29,668 nucleotides of DNA from the IMG/VR virus record IMGVR_UViG_3300025120_000343, positions 1-29,668 of that record; one strand, 5' to 3'. Under the pieces are notes generated by a model. It searched no databases and was not told the origin of the DNA. It was given only the letters and a program-made list of their open reading frames with translations. Made by a program: the position numbers and the translations under genes. Numbering within the stretch: the first letter of the stretch is position 1; each line of letters opens with the position of its first letter. Origin of the DNA: a virus. Lineage: Duplodnaviria > Caudoviricetes. Shown here piece after piece: positions 9,059 to 17,747 of the stretch.

Positions 9059-9463
9059 TTATCTTAAGAGGCTATCTCCTCTTCCTTGAAATCTATTTGC
9101 TGCTAATGCCCCATCTTGACCACCTTGAGCTAGTATAAAATCATCATATGTAGATTGATTATTATAATTTCTAAATCCAGCTGCTGCTGCACCTGTATTT
9201 TGAGGTCCTGTAAATGCCTGTAATTCAGTTGGTTGAGGTAATGCATTATTTCCTTTAGCTCCATTAAAATTTGTAAATCTAACTCTTTCTACAGTAGCTG
9301 CACTCGGATTACCATCGTATGAATATAAATCATGTAATGTTGATGTTGCTATATTTGGATTTGCTAGTGAAGGACTTGTTGCGATAGGTTGTGAGGGATT
9401 GTTAGGATATCCTAATCTTGAACCTCCTCCTATTTCAAATCTATTTTCTAATGATTGTGCCAT
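9059..9463 (-). CDS. Hypothetical protein, probably virion-associated (134 aa)
   Basis: Clean ORF after the tape measure gene with its own late-type motif upstream. Confidence 0.7.
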   Translation of the reverse strand: MAQSLENRFEIGGGSRLGYPNNPSQPIATSPSLANPNIATSTLHDLYSYDGNPSAATVERVRFTNFNGAKGNNALPQPTELQAFTGPQNTGAAAAGFRNYNNQSTYDDFILAQGGQDGALAANRFQGRGDSLLR

Positions 9464-9486
9464 AATTTTTTATTTTAATTATTTTA

Positions 9487-9496
9487 TTATAAATAT
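9487..9496 (-). promoter_or_regulatory. Putative late promoter ATATTTATAA
   Basis: 23 nt upstream of ATG 9463; identical 10-mer at 11911 and 28001. Confidence 0.55.
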
Positions 9497-11898
9497 TAAC
9501 CTATTCCAGAAGATGCAATTGTTAAGCTTTTTCCTACTTTATTACCATCCATATAAACATCACCTCCTTCAGTTACTACAGCTATTAATTCATCTAATTT
9601 TTTTAATAGTTGGGATTCGTTATTATTATCTTCTCCCCCACCTGCACCAAATACACCAGCTAATTCAATTAATGGAGCAGATACTAAACCTAAAGCACTT
9701 AAAGCACCTAATATTGGCAATGCTCCTATTCCAGCTAATGCTACAGCCATAAGTCCTCCAGCAATGCCAAATAATGCAGGTCCTAATAATAACATTGGTC
9801 CAATATTTTCCATTGAAACTGCTTCCATTATTAATACAAATCCTTCTGCTGTTTTTGTTATTATAGTACCAATACCATCAAATACAGCAGTTATTACAGT
9901 ACCAAATGCTTTAATACCAGGTGCGGCTAATCCTAAAGCTGCTCCTAAAGCTATCATTGCAACTGATATTAACCCTACACCTATGGCTATATATGCTAGT
10001 TGTGGGCCTTTTAGAGCTTTACCAAGAGCTGCTAAACCCTTTCCAAGTCCTGTAAGGAAACCTTGCATTATTTTCCCTGCTCCTGGTTTTAGATTTTTAG
10101 AAGATTTTGTTAATTTATCTGTCACATCACCAGTTTTATCTCCTCCTGTTAATCCTTTTAAAGAACCCATTATACCTTGTCCCTGTTTTAAATTTTTAAA
10201 ATATTGTAAAGCACCTGCGGCAACTTTAAACATATTCATAGCCATACTTTTTAAAGCAGGGGCTGATTTTTTAACTAAAGATATAGCAATTGCGGCCATA
10301 ATTCCTTTTAATACCAAACCATTAGATACAAATTGTAGTATATAAGTTAAAGGGCCAGCTAAAGCTTCTGTTATTTTATTTATTGATTTTTCAATTTGTT
10401 GTTGTAAACCTAATCTTTTTGCTTCTTCTAAAGATATACCTGCTGCTTTTGCTGCTTGTTCTGTTGATAAGTCACCTTGTATTTTTTGTGCATATATCAT
10501 TTTAGACATTTCTTCTCTAGACATACCCATAGCTTTAGCTGTAGCTTCTTGTTGTATTCTATTACCAGAAGCAAATGCTTTTAATATACCTTCATTTTTT
10601 CCTATTTCTTTAGATAGACCTTCTAAATCATTTGCTAAAGCTAATTGTCTAGCTTTATCTAAATTTAATTGTTTACCTGTAAGCAATTCAGCTTCCATTT
10701 CTGCTTGAATAGAAGATTCAAATTGTAATATAGAACCTGCTATATCATCTACTTGTTGTAAAGAAAGTCCTAATTTTCTAGCTTCCATAGCAGCATCCTG
10801 TATGTTGTCTGCTGAACTGCCCATCGATAATGAAACTGCTGCAGAAACACTTCCTACATCTTCCATTACACCTTTAAAATTTATACCAACTTTTTCTGTT
10901 CCAACAAAATCTCTAAATGATGATTCCATATTAGCAGAAACTTCTGCTAATGGTTTACCTGATAATTTAGCAAATTTAGCTAATTGGGCTGCTTCATGAG
11001 CACCTAATCCCATATTTTCAGTTAATTGTGCTACTTCATTAATTGTTTCAGGAGAAAATACAACGGCTGCATTAATCCCTAATTCTTTAGATAGCATACT
11101 TGCTGATTTTATATACTCACCAGTAGTAATAAGACCCGTATTTAAAGTATCTGTTAGATCTATATTTTGACCAGTTATTGATCTAAATACTTTTTGTTGT
11201 TTTTCAATTTCTCCTGCTGATTTTAGGATTTTTGCAAATACTATTGTTGGATCAGTCATGGCATCAAGAGCAGAGCCTAATACTTGACCAACTCCATAAG
11301 CTGCTACTTCAAGTTTAGCAAAAGCACCCCCAGTCCTAGCTGCTTTTTGCTGTATTTTACCCATTATTTCATCAGCATTAATAAGATCTCCAATTATGGG
11401 GATTTTGGAAATCCCCTTTACTATTGCCCCAATAGCACCCATCTTTTTTTCAAGGGCTTCTGCTTCTGATTGTTGTTGTCTTAATATTGCTAAATGTGCT
11501 GCTTCAGCCTCATCTAATTCTGCTAATTGTCTATTTAATGTATCTTTTAATCCATTTTGTTCAGCTGATAGTGAATTAATGGTTCTTTCAATAATTTCCC
11601 TTTTTATTGCTCTATCTTCTATCTGTTTTGCAATATCAGAAGATTTTAATTGACCTGATATTAACTTTTGTTGATTTTTTATAGTATCATCTAATCCTTT
11701 AGCTAATCCTTTTATACCTCTTACAATATCGCCAGCAAATATTTCAGAAACTTGTTTACTTTCATCTTTTACATCTTGAAGAGCATTTTTAACTGCATTA
11801 GATAAATTATTAGCAATACTAATTATAGTATTCTCAATAACAGATAAATCTTTGTTAAGTTCTTTTGCTATTTTTTTATTTTTATCTAAATCAGCCAT
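9496..11898 (-). CDS. Tail tape measure protein (800 aa)
   Basis: Ala/Gly/Lys/Leu-rich helical protein following tube and chaperone genes. Motif ILQFESSIQAEMEAELLTGKQLNLDKARQLAL, hydrophobic C-terminal segments and terminal VYMDGNKVG. Confidence 0.85.
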   Translation of the reverse strand: MADLDKNKKIAKELNKDLSVIENTIISIANNLSNAVKNALQDVKDESKQVSEIFAGDIVRGIKGLAKGLDDTIKNQQKLISGQLKSSDIAKQIEDRAIKREIIERTINSLSAEQNGLKDTLNRQLAELDEAEAAHLAILRQQQSEAEALEKKMGAIGAIVKGISKIPIIGDLINADEIMGKIQQKAARTGGAFAKLEVAAYGVGQVLGSALDAMTDPTIVFAKILKSAGEIEKQQKVFRSITGQNIDLTDTLNTGLITTGEYIKSASMLSKELGINAAVVFSPETINEVAQLTENMGLGAHEAAQLAKFAKLSGKPLAEVSANMESSFRDFVGTEKVGINFKGVMEDVGSVSAAVSLSMGSSADNIQDAAMEARKLGLSLQQVDDIAGSILQFESSIQAEMEAELLTGKQLNLDKARQLALANDLEGLSKEIGKNEGILKAFASGNRIQQEATAKAMGMSREEMSKMIYAQKIQGDLSTEQAAKAAGISLEEAKRLGLQQQIEKSINKITEALAGPLTYILQFVSNGLVLKGIMAAIAISLVKKSAPALKSMAMNMFKVAAGALQYFKNLKQGQGIMGSLKGLTGGDKTGDVTDKLTKSSKNLKPGAGKIMQGFLTGLGKGLAALGKALKGPQLAYIAIGVGLISVAMIALGAALGLAAPGIKAFGTVITAVFDGIGTIITKTAEGFVLIMEAVSMENIGPMLLLGPALFGIAGGLMAVALAGIGALPILGALSALGLVSAPLIELAGVFGAGGGEDNNNESQLLKKLDELIAVVTEGGDVYMDGNKVGKSLTIASSGIG

Positions 11899-11910
11899 TA
11901 AAGGGTTTTA

Positions 11911-11920
11911 TTATAAATAT
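11911..11920 (-). promoter_or_regulatory. Putative late promoter ATATTTATAA
   Basis: 12 nt upstream of the tape measure ATG. Confidence 0.6.
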
Positions 11921-11949
11921 CAAAAGCATCTATTTTTTAGATGCCTTTG
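11921..11949 (-). terminator. Hairpin over the stop codon of the chaperone extension; possible terminator
   Basis: Minus strand CAAAGGCATCTA-AAAAA-TAGATGCTTTTG: 12-bp stem with one G-U pair; the U-tract is short. Confidence 0.45.
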
Positions 11950-12238
11950 TTGAATAGGTAGGTTTTGGTTTTACATTTTTTAGAAATTCAGGTGATGTTA
12001 CTTTACCATCTGTAGTTACAGATTTAGTATTACTATTATTTCCTTGAGCTTTTTTAACTCTAGCATTTTCTTCTACATAAAAATCATTTATTTTAGAAAA
12101 AGTAAAACTACGTAGCCATATAGGCATATTATAAATAGTATGCCAGTCATAACCACCCTTACCATGAAATACTATATCATGGATTTGAGAAAATAAACTT
12201 ATTCTATAAGTCTGAGTCAGGCCAAAAAAAGTTAAGCC
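11930..12238 (-). CDS. Tail assembly chaperone C-terminal extension (GT-like / cyanophage gp51-like), probably reached by frameshift
   Basis: Frame is open from 12238, 37 codons upstream of the first ATG (12127): FFGLTQTYRISLFSQIHDIVFHGKGGYDWHTIYNMPIWLRSFTF. Overlaps the end of the upstream chaperone at a T7 run. Confidence 0.7.
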   Translation of the reverse strand, partial: GLTFFGLTQTYRISLFSQIHDIVFHGKGGYDWHTIYNMPIWLRSFTFSKINDFYVEENARVKKAQGNNSNTKSVTTDGKVTSPEFLKNVKPKPTYSTKASKK

Positions 12239-12953
12239 CTATCGGGACTGTAATGTCCTCGTCGCCACCTTCTAATGTATCAATTGATACTGTTAAATCA
12301 ACATCAGGTTGAAAATCCTTAATGTAATTTCTAAACGCTCTTGAATCTTGTGCTAAAAAATAATTATCCACAAAATTTCTAATGTCTTTAGAATCTTCAG
12401 AACCATCTACAGATACTATCATATGTTTAAGACGTGTTGATAATTCCGGTGTATTATTTTTATTAATTTTCTTTAATCCTTTTAATTCATTATCAATTTT
12501 AGTTTCATCTTTGTGTGTTAAAAGTTTAAACGTAAGCATTGTTTCAGATTTAGGACAAGTAAATGGAAATTCATTTTTACCTTGCTTAAATTTAGATTTA
12601 TCAAAATCTTTATTTTCTAAAGATGATAGATCTATTGTAACTTTTTCATTTTTATATGTAAACTCATATTCACTACCGTAACCTAATATTCTAGCAGCAA
12701 TTAATAATGCATTTTTGTCACCAACTATTAAATCTTTATAATCCACTTTAGATACTATTAATGCTTCTAATAATTTATCTATTACTGTGCCTTTTTGAAT
12801 ATATGATTGGTTAGTAAGTATATCTTCTTCTTTAGCAGTCATGTACTTCATTTCTACTTTTCCAGATGATAATGGATTGTCTTTTGGGTAAACTATCCCA
12901 TTTGAAGGTAGTTCTACTACTTCTGATGGGTATTTTTGTGTTTCTTCACTCAT
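12204..12953 (-). CDS. Tail assembly chaperone / T4 gp26-like baseplate hub assembly protein (249 aa)
   Basis: VELPSNG, MKYMTAKEEDIL, LIVGDKNALLIAARILGYG and C-terminal VPIGLNFFWPD; located between tube and tape measure genes. Confidence 0.8.
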   Translation of the reverse strand: MSEETQKYPSEVVELPSNGIVYPKDNPLSSGKVEMKYMTAKEEDILTNQSYIQKGTVIDKLLEALIVSKVDYKDLIVGDKNALLIAARILGYGSEYEFTYKNEKVTIDLSSLENKDFDKSKFKQGKNEFPFTCPKSETMLTFKLLTHKDETKIDNELKGLKKINKNNTPELSTRLKHMIVSVDGSEDSKDIRNFVDNYFLAQDSRAFRNYIKDFQPDVDLTVSIDTLEGGDEDITVPIGLNFFWPDSDL

Positions 12954-12983
12954 ATCTTTTATTTAGTTATAACTTAATTTCGT

Positions 12984-12993
12984 GTATACATAT
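12984..12993 (-). promoter_or_regulatory. Putative late promoter variant ATATGTATAC
   Basis: Just downstream of the tube terminator, 30 nt upstream of ATG 12953. Confidence 0.45.
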
Positions 12994-13000
12994 TTAATAT

Positions 13001-13027
13001 AAAAAAAAGCTTGACCGAAGCCAAGCT
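13001..13027 (-). terminator. Rho-independent terminator after the tail tube gene, with cUUCGg tetraloop
   Basis: Minus strand AGCTTGGC-TTCG-GTCAAGCT-TTTTTTT: 8-bp stem (one G-U), UUCG loop, U-tract. Confidence 0.9.
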
Positions 13028-13052
13028 ATTCTTAAAATTATGTAATTTCTTT

Positions 13053-13541
13053 TTAGAAATTTAATACACAGTAATCCATTCCTAGAGTTAATGAAACATC
13101 TTGAGCTTCCGCTTCAGTATCCCAATTAAATCCTTTAAATGTTGCATCTTTTATAAATGAACCTTTTAATATCCATTCTGATACTACATCACCTACAGGT
13201 CCTAATACATTAATAGTTACATCTTTTTTATAGAAATCAGAGTAACCATCTCTACCCGTTACAGATTCATGGTGTAATCTTACCCACTCCATTACTGCTT
13301 GAGCTCCTGATGGTGTAATTGGATCGTATAATGTCATAGACACATCCGCCCATTTAGCTTTACCTTTTACTTTTCTATAAGTATTGATATGATTAAGTAC
13401 TATTTCACCTTGCTCTACCTTAATTTCACCTACTTCTTTGATCATATATGATGGTATACCATCTACATACATTATAAATCTATTGGCAACTTTTGGTTCA
13501 AAAGCTGTGAAAAACATTTCGTTTGGATTTACTACTGCCAT
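13053..13541 (-). CDS. gp19: Tail tube protein (T4 gp19-like), 162 aa
   Basis: FEPKVANRF, KGKAKWADVSMTLYDPI, VMEW, YKKDVTINVLGPVGDVVSEWILKGSF, LTLGMDY; immediately downstream of the sheath. Confidence 0.92.
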   Translation of the reverse strand: MAVVNPNEMFFTAFEPKVANRFIMYVDGIPSYMIKEVGEIKVEQGEIVLNHINTYRKVKGKAKWADVSMTLYDPITPSGAQAVMEWVRLHHESVTGRDGYSDFYKKDVTINVLGPVGDVVSEWILKGSFIKDATFKGFNWDTEAEAQDVSLTLGMDYCVLNF

Positions 13542-13561
13542 TTTATTATTATTTTATTTTA

Positions 13562-13571
13562 TTATACATAT
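13562..13571 (-). promoter_or_regulatory. Putative late promoter variant ATATGTATAA
   Basis: Sheath-tube intergenic region, 20 nt upstream of the tube ATG; same 10-mer at 16968. Confidence 0.55.
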
Positions 13572-13586
13572 TATGTTTTATACTTC

Positions 13587-16500
13587 TTATGATGGAAATT
13601 CAGCTCCAGTTGGTAAAATGTTGAAATCTAAGTAAATAAATTCAGCTGTTTTAGTTGGTTGGATATAAATTGCACCCACCATTTGGTTTCTATCAACTAC
13701 ATCTGGCCCATTATTAGCAGAATCCATTTGTACTTTAAAGGCATATAATCCTTGTCTTTGTTGTACTGATTCTAAGTATGGATTAACTTGTGCTAAGAAA
13801 TTATTTCTTGTTGCTGCCGTGTTTTGTTCAAATACTAAATTATCAGCAATTTGTACAATAAATGATTTTAAGGCTATTAATAATCTTCTAACATTAATTC
13901 TATCTAAAGCTGATGCTGTTGATTGTAAAGTTTTCTGTCCAAATACTACAACTCCTCTTCCTGGGAACGTTGCTATTGGATTTACTTTACCTGTATATAA
14001 ACTATCTCTATTAGATTGTGTTAATTTTCTTTGTGCCTGTACTACCGTATTTAAACCACCTCTATTAATTCCAGCGGGTGCGAACCAAGCTTCACTTGTT
14101 CTGTCATTAAACGCGTACACACCAGGAATAACCGATGATGGTACGGTCCATACTAACTGTCTTGAATCTGGGTCATTTAATTGAATCCAAGGCCAATAAG
14201 TTGCTGCATATGAATTATCAATTGAAGCAGCTTGTGTTTTTGCTGTTTCTACTGTTCCTCCTGAATAATTAACTACATCTATAACTGCTATAGCATCTCC
14301 TCTTCCTTGTGTATTTGATAATAATGTATTCATTGGAGTTGCCCAAGTTGAAGATGCGTAATATAAACCAGGTGCAGAAATAATATTATATTGATAATCA
14401 TCTTTATTTGCTAACAAATTAAATGCATCTGTGTATGTTTGTGCTTCTGTTGGAGTCATACCTTGTGAATTAGCATCTGTTATTGCATCATAATATTTAG
14501 CTTGTGTATATACTGGGAATCCTGTTTGTGAAAATAATGCTCCATTAGCTCCACCAAATGATCCACTTGCATTATCTGGTAAGAAATCAGCATACGCTGG
14601 ATTTGCTGTTCCATTATTATCAAAATAATTTGGAGTTTTTGCATTTACTGATTTTACTCTTACGTATCTTGAAGATACTGGGTAGTTTCCAACTGTACTA
14701 ATATATGGATCTGTTGTTCCAGCTCCATTAAATACTTTTGTCATGTTACCTATTATTCTTTCTATGTAATTAGATGATTTTGGGTCTAATGATACATTAG
14801 GGTATATTTCTAATACTCTTTTAGCTGTTTGTGTGTCATTACCTTGTCTAATAATTACACTAAATGTTCCACTTGCTACATCTCTTCCTTGTATTTCCCA
14901 TCTAATATTACTAGCAGTTCCACCAGTTAATGTTCCATTTGCTCCTGTAGCATCACCAGCATTCATTATAGTTCCATCAGATATTGTTTCTAATTCAAAA
15001 GCTACATCATCTACAAAATCTGCATCTTGTAAATCTATATCTATTGCTGATGTTGGACTACCAATTACTCCGGTTGCTATTTCAATGTCATTTGAATTAG
15101 TAAATGTAGTAGCTCCTTGTGTAACTAACACAATTGAAGTTGGTTCAATTACTAAGTTATTTAAATTATCTTGAGTATTACTTGCATTTACTGCTAGTGC
15201 AGCTGCTACTGCTCCTGATGCATTTTCTAAATCACCTGATACTAAAGTAAATGATACAGTACTACCAATTCCTGTAATATTTCCGGAATCTATTGTAATT
15301 ATATTATCTGCTTGAAATCCTTCTACAAATGTTGCATCTGTTGGAGTTATACTAATTACTTCTGTTAATAAATTACCTTGAGCCACTGAGAATGCTCTAG
15401 CACCTCCTGTTACACCACTACCAAATGGTGTACCTGTTAAAGTATTTAAATCTGCTGCAGCAATTGTTATTACTGTAGAATCTGTATACCCTGAAGTTCC
15501 TGTAGCATCAGTAATAGTAAGTGTATCTACGTCACCACCATTTTGAGTTAAAGTAAATGTACCACCTGCTCCACCACCAGCAATACCACCTCCAGAACCA
15601 ATTAAATCTGCTAATGTTAATCCTGTTGCAGATGTACCTGTTGCATTTGCGAAAGCTGAACCACCCGCTGCTATTGTTGGAGTTGAAGTACTTAATTTTC
15701 CTGCTGATGAGTCAAATATACAATTAAATGTAGCACCTGATCCTTGAGAAGTTCCGCCACTTACTGAGTATGTGTTTGAACCTGCTCCGGATGTACCTTC
15801 TACTAAAGTTACATTACCAGGAGCTGCTGTTCCTACTGTATTTACTACAGTTGGAGTTTTAGCTGCTACTTTAAGCATTCCTGATCCTAAAGATCCTGCT
15901 GGGATAGTTATTATATCACCTGCTACATATCCTGTTCCGGCATTAATTACTTCTATTTCTGTAATTGTAGCTCTTTGTGTAGTTGTTAATTGTGCTCCAG
16001 TTGTAACTTTAACTGTTGCTCCTGTTCCTGTTCCACCAGTTACTGAAATTGCTGTACTTGATCCAAATACTGTACTAACAAGACAATCTACTGGGTTAGT
16101 ACCTGCAGCAACTAATGCTGCAAAACTACCTGCAGTTCCTATTGTATTAGCAGTTCCATTATATATTTGTCCTATTGCAGTTCCTCTTACTACGTTAAAT
16201 GTAGCATCAGAAGCTCCTCCATCTTTTGTAGAAGCAACTGCTGAAAAAGTTCCAGCTGTACCTCCTCTACCTGTTATTCCTGCTGATCCTGTAAAATTAT
16301 AAGGGCTAGGATTTAATGCCGTACTAGTTACATTATTTTCAATTACTGAAGAAGATGCAGGAGTCCATGATCCTGAAGCTACTCTATTTACTATTAATGA
16401 TGTACCACCATTTTGAAAGTAATTATATGCTGAAATAGATGTAAAGTATGTGAATTCGTCTGAACCACTCGCAAATGTACTACCAAAATTTGCTAGATAT

Positions 16501-16652
16501 TCTGAGTAGCTTGTTACTAACTTAGGAATGTTTACACTACCTAAAACAGTTGGTCCAACTACACAAGCTCCTGCTTGTATTGGTTGTGAAGTTACTTGAG
16601 ATTGATCATTTTCTCTTGCTAGTACCCCTGGGGAAATTAATGTTTCTGCCAT
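13587..16652 (-). CDS. gp18: Contractile tail sheath protein (T4 gp18-like) with large internal insertion, 1021 aa
   Basis: N-terminal ISPGVLAREND...VGPT..G and YNYFQNGG..LIVNRV. C-terminal YAATYWPW, WFAPAGINRG, VNPIATFPGRGVVVFGQKTLQ, RINVRRLL, FEQN, IYIQPTKTAEFI. Confidence 0.95.
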   Translation of the reverse strand: MAETLISPGVLARENDQSQVTSQPIQAGACVVGPTVLGSVNIPKLVTSYSEYLANFGSTFASGSDEFTYFTSISAYNYFQNGGTSLIVNRVASGSWTPASSSVIENNVTSTALNPSPYNFTGSAGITGRGGTAGTFSAVASTKDGGASDATFNVVRGTAIGQIYNGTANTIGTAGSFAALVAAGTNPVDCLVSTVFGSSTAISVTGGTGTGATVKVTTGAQLTTTQRATITEIEVINAGTGYVAGDIITIPAGSLGSGMLKVAAKTPTVVNTVGTAAPGNVTLVEGTSGAGSNTYSVSGGTSQGSGATFNCIFDSSAGKLSTSTPTIAAGGSAFANATGTSATGLTLADLIGSGGGIAGGGAGGTFTLTQNGGDVDTLTITDATGTSGYTDSTVITIAAADLNTLTGTPFGSGVTGGARAFSVAQGNLLTEVISITPTDATFVEGFQADNIITIDSGNITGIGSTVSFTLVSGDLENASGAVAAALAVNASNTQDNLNNLVIEPTSIVLVTQGATTFTNSNDIEIATGVIGSPTSAIDIDLQDADFVDDVAFELETISDGTIMNAGDATGANGTLTGGTASNIRWEIQGRDVASGTFSVIIRQGNDTQTAKRVLEIYPNVSLDPKSSNYIERIIGNMTKVFNGAGTTDPYISTVGNYPVSSRYVRVKSVNAKTPNYFDNNGTANPAYADFLPDNASGSFGGANGALFSQTGFPVYTQAKYYDAITDANSQGMTPTEAQTYTDAFNLLANKDDYQYNIISAPGLYYASSTWATPMNTLLSNTQGRGDAIAVIDVVNYSGGTVETAKTQAASIDNSYAATYWPWIQLNDPDSRQLVWTVPSSVIPGVYAFNDRTSEAWFAPAGINRGGLNTVVQAQRKLTQSNRDSLYTGKVNPIATFPGRGVVVFGQKTLQSTASALDRINVRRLLIALKSFIVQIADNLVFEQNTAATRNNFLAQVNPYLESVQQRQGLYAFKVQMDSANNGPDVVDRNQMVGAIYIQPTKTAEFIYLDFNILPTGAEFPS

Positions 16653-16667
16653 TTTATGTTATTTTTA

Positions 16668-16677
16668 TGATAAATAT
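16668..16677 (-). promoter_or_regulatory. Putative late promoter ATATTTATCA
   Basis: 15 nt upstream of the sheath ATG. Confidence 0.55.
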
Positions 16678-16696
16678 ACTAAATTTTTTCAAAATT

Positions 16697-16954
16697 TTAT
16701 TTACTTGGTAAAAATTCACCAGTTTCTAATGAAATAGTACCTGGTCCGTATTTTTCTTCTAATTCTTTAGCAAGTATTGCTTCTTCTTGCTGTAAACCTT
16801 GCAAACTTAATTTTAATTGTTCTTTTTTTATTTGTATGTTATAATTCTGTACCTCTACAACGCCTGAAATTTCTGTAATACTTTTTAATCTATCTTTTAA
16901 TTCTTGAATTTTACTAATTTCATCTTTTTCTAAAACTTGTTTTTTCTTAATCAT
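16697..16954 (-). CDS. Small coiled-coil hypothetical protein (85 aa from ATG 16954), possible fibre-assembly chaperone
   Basis: Charged heptad pattern ending LEEKYGPGTISLETGEF. The ORF-track ATG (16975) lies inside the promoter-like motif, so 16954 is preferred. Confidence 0.7.
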   Translation of the reverse strand: MIKKKQVLEKDEISKIQELKDRLKSITEISGVVEVQNYNIQIKKEQLKLSLQGLQQEEAILAKELEEKYGPGTISLETGEFLPSK

Positions 16955-16967
16955 TCGATTTATTTTG

Positions 16968-16977
16968 TTATACATAT
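16968..16977 (-). promoter_or_regulatory. Putative late promoter variant ATATGTATAA
   Basis: 13 nt upstream of ATG 16954. Confidence 0.5.
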
Positions 16978-17009
16978 TAGAAAATCTCTAATAATGTATA
17001 TTTTTTAAA

Positions 17010-17747
17010 TTAACTAACACCATTTACTTTATTTATGTCTGTTGATAATATTGCATTAATTTTATTTATATTAGCTGATGCTATAGCATTAACAGGATTA
17101 GGATAACCAGTAGCTGCATCTGCATGTACTACTACTAAATTTGCTCTACTAGTTCCAGAATTTGCAAAACTAAGAGTATTCTCTATATTCCCAAAACTTT
17201 CTTCAACTGCTGTATTAGCAAAATCATAAGTATAATTCATTAAACATACACATAACTCTCCCCCAGAATTAGCATTAGTAATAGCTGCTGCATTTAATGC
17301 AACTGAATTATTAGTATTAGCAGACCAATTTGTTGATTGGAATGCAGAATAACTTGTAAATGATGTTGTAGAATTAAAAACTAATGGATAGTCTGATGTT
17401 GCTATAGTTCCAAAATCATTATCCGAATTAGCTCTAGCTACTATCCAATCTCCATTTTGATTAGCAGCATTTGTACCCCCTCGCGCTTTAAGAGTTATAG
17501 ATGAAATGGTTGTTCCTATACTTGATAAGTCAAAATAAAAATAAGCTCTCTTATTTGAGGTAAAAACAGAACCACCCCTTGCTGCTTCCATTTTACAAGC
17601 AAAATTTTCATTAGCTCCAGTACTAGCTACTGAATTTCCAGTAGTTGTATTTGATCCTCTTACAGTCGCCCAAGAAGCAGATGGAGTACCACCAGTAGTT
17701 TTATCTACTCTTCCTTGAGATGAATAATAAACCGTAGTTGTTGCCAT
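17010..17747 (-). CDS. Putative virion accessory / fibre-tip protein (245 aa), beta-sandwich-like
   Basis: Ser/Thr/Asn/Ala-rich. RAYFYFDLSSI..TISSITL resembles DNRLRE/CBM96-type domains. C-terminal triple repeat VNAI-ASANI-NKINAI-LSTDI-NKVNGV. Confidence 0.6.
   Translation of the reverse strand: MATTTVYYSSQGRVDKTTGGTPSASWATVRGSNTTTGNSVASTGANENFACKMEAARGGSVFTSNKRAYFYFDLSSIGTTISSITLKARGGTNAANQNGDWIVARANSDNDFGTIATSDYPLVFNSTTSFTSYSAFQSTNWSANTNNSVALNAAAITNANSGGELCVCLMNYTYDFANTAVEESFGNIENTLSFANSGTSRANLVVVHADAATGYPNPVNAIASANINKINAILSTDINKVNGVS

Noticed and set aside
12129-12138. CTATTTATAA late-like box just before ATG 12127
   Set aside because: Only 1 nt from the ATG and inside the protein-like TIYNM sequence; more likely coding coincidence than an independent promoter.
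12175-12206. Stop-codon reassignment or TAG read-through at the chaperone end
   Set aside because: Read-through meets TGA nine codons later, and all genes are intact under the standard code, so there is no sign of recoding.
9399-16302. Plus-strand ORFs opposite tape measure, chaperone, tube and sheath (e.g. 9764-10345, 15772-16302)
   Set aside because: Antisense to well-supported genes; expected from Ala/Gly/Thr-rich codon bias; no recognisable motifs.
15001-16340. Sheath insertion as an intein or intron
   Set aside because: No Cys/Ser start with His-Asn end, no LAGLIDADG/HNH motifs, and the frame is continuous; composition is that of structural beta domains.
16955-16975. ORF-track start at 16975 (MYNKINR...)
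   Set aside because: That ATG is part of the ATATGTATAA motif; ATG 16954 has the spacing seen for the other late genes.
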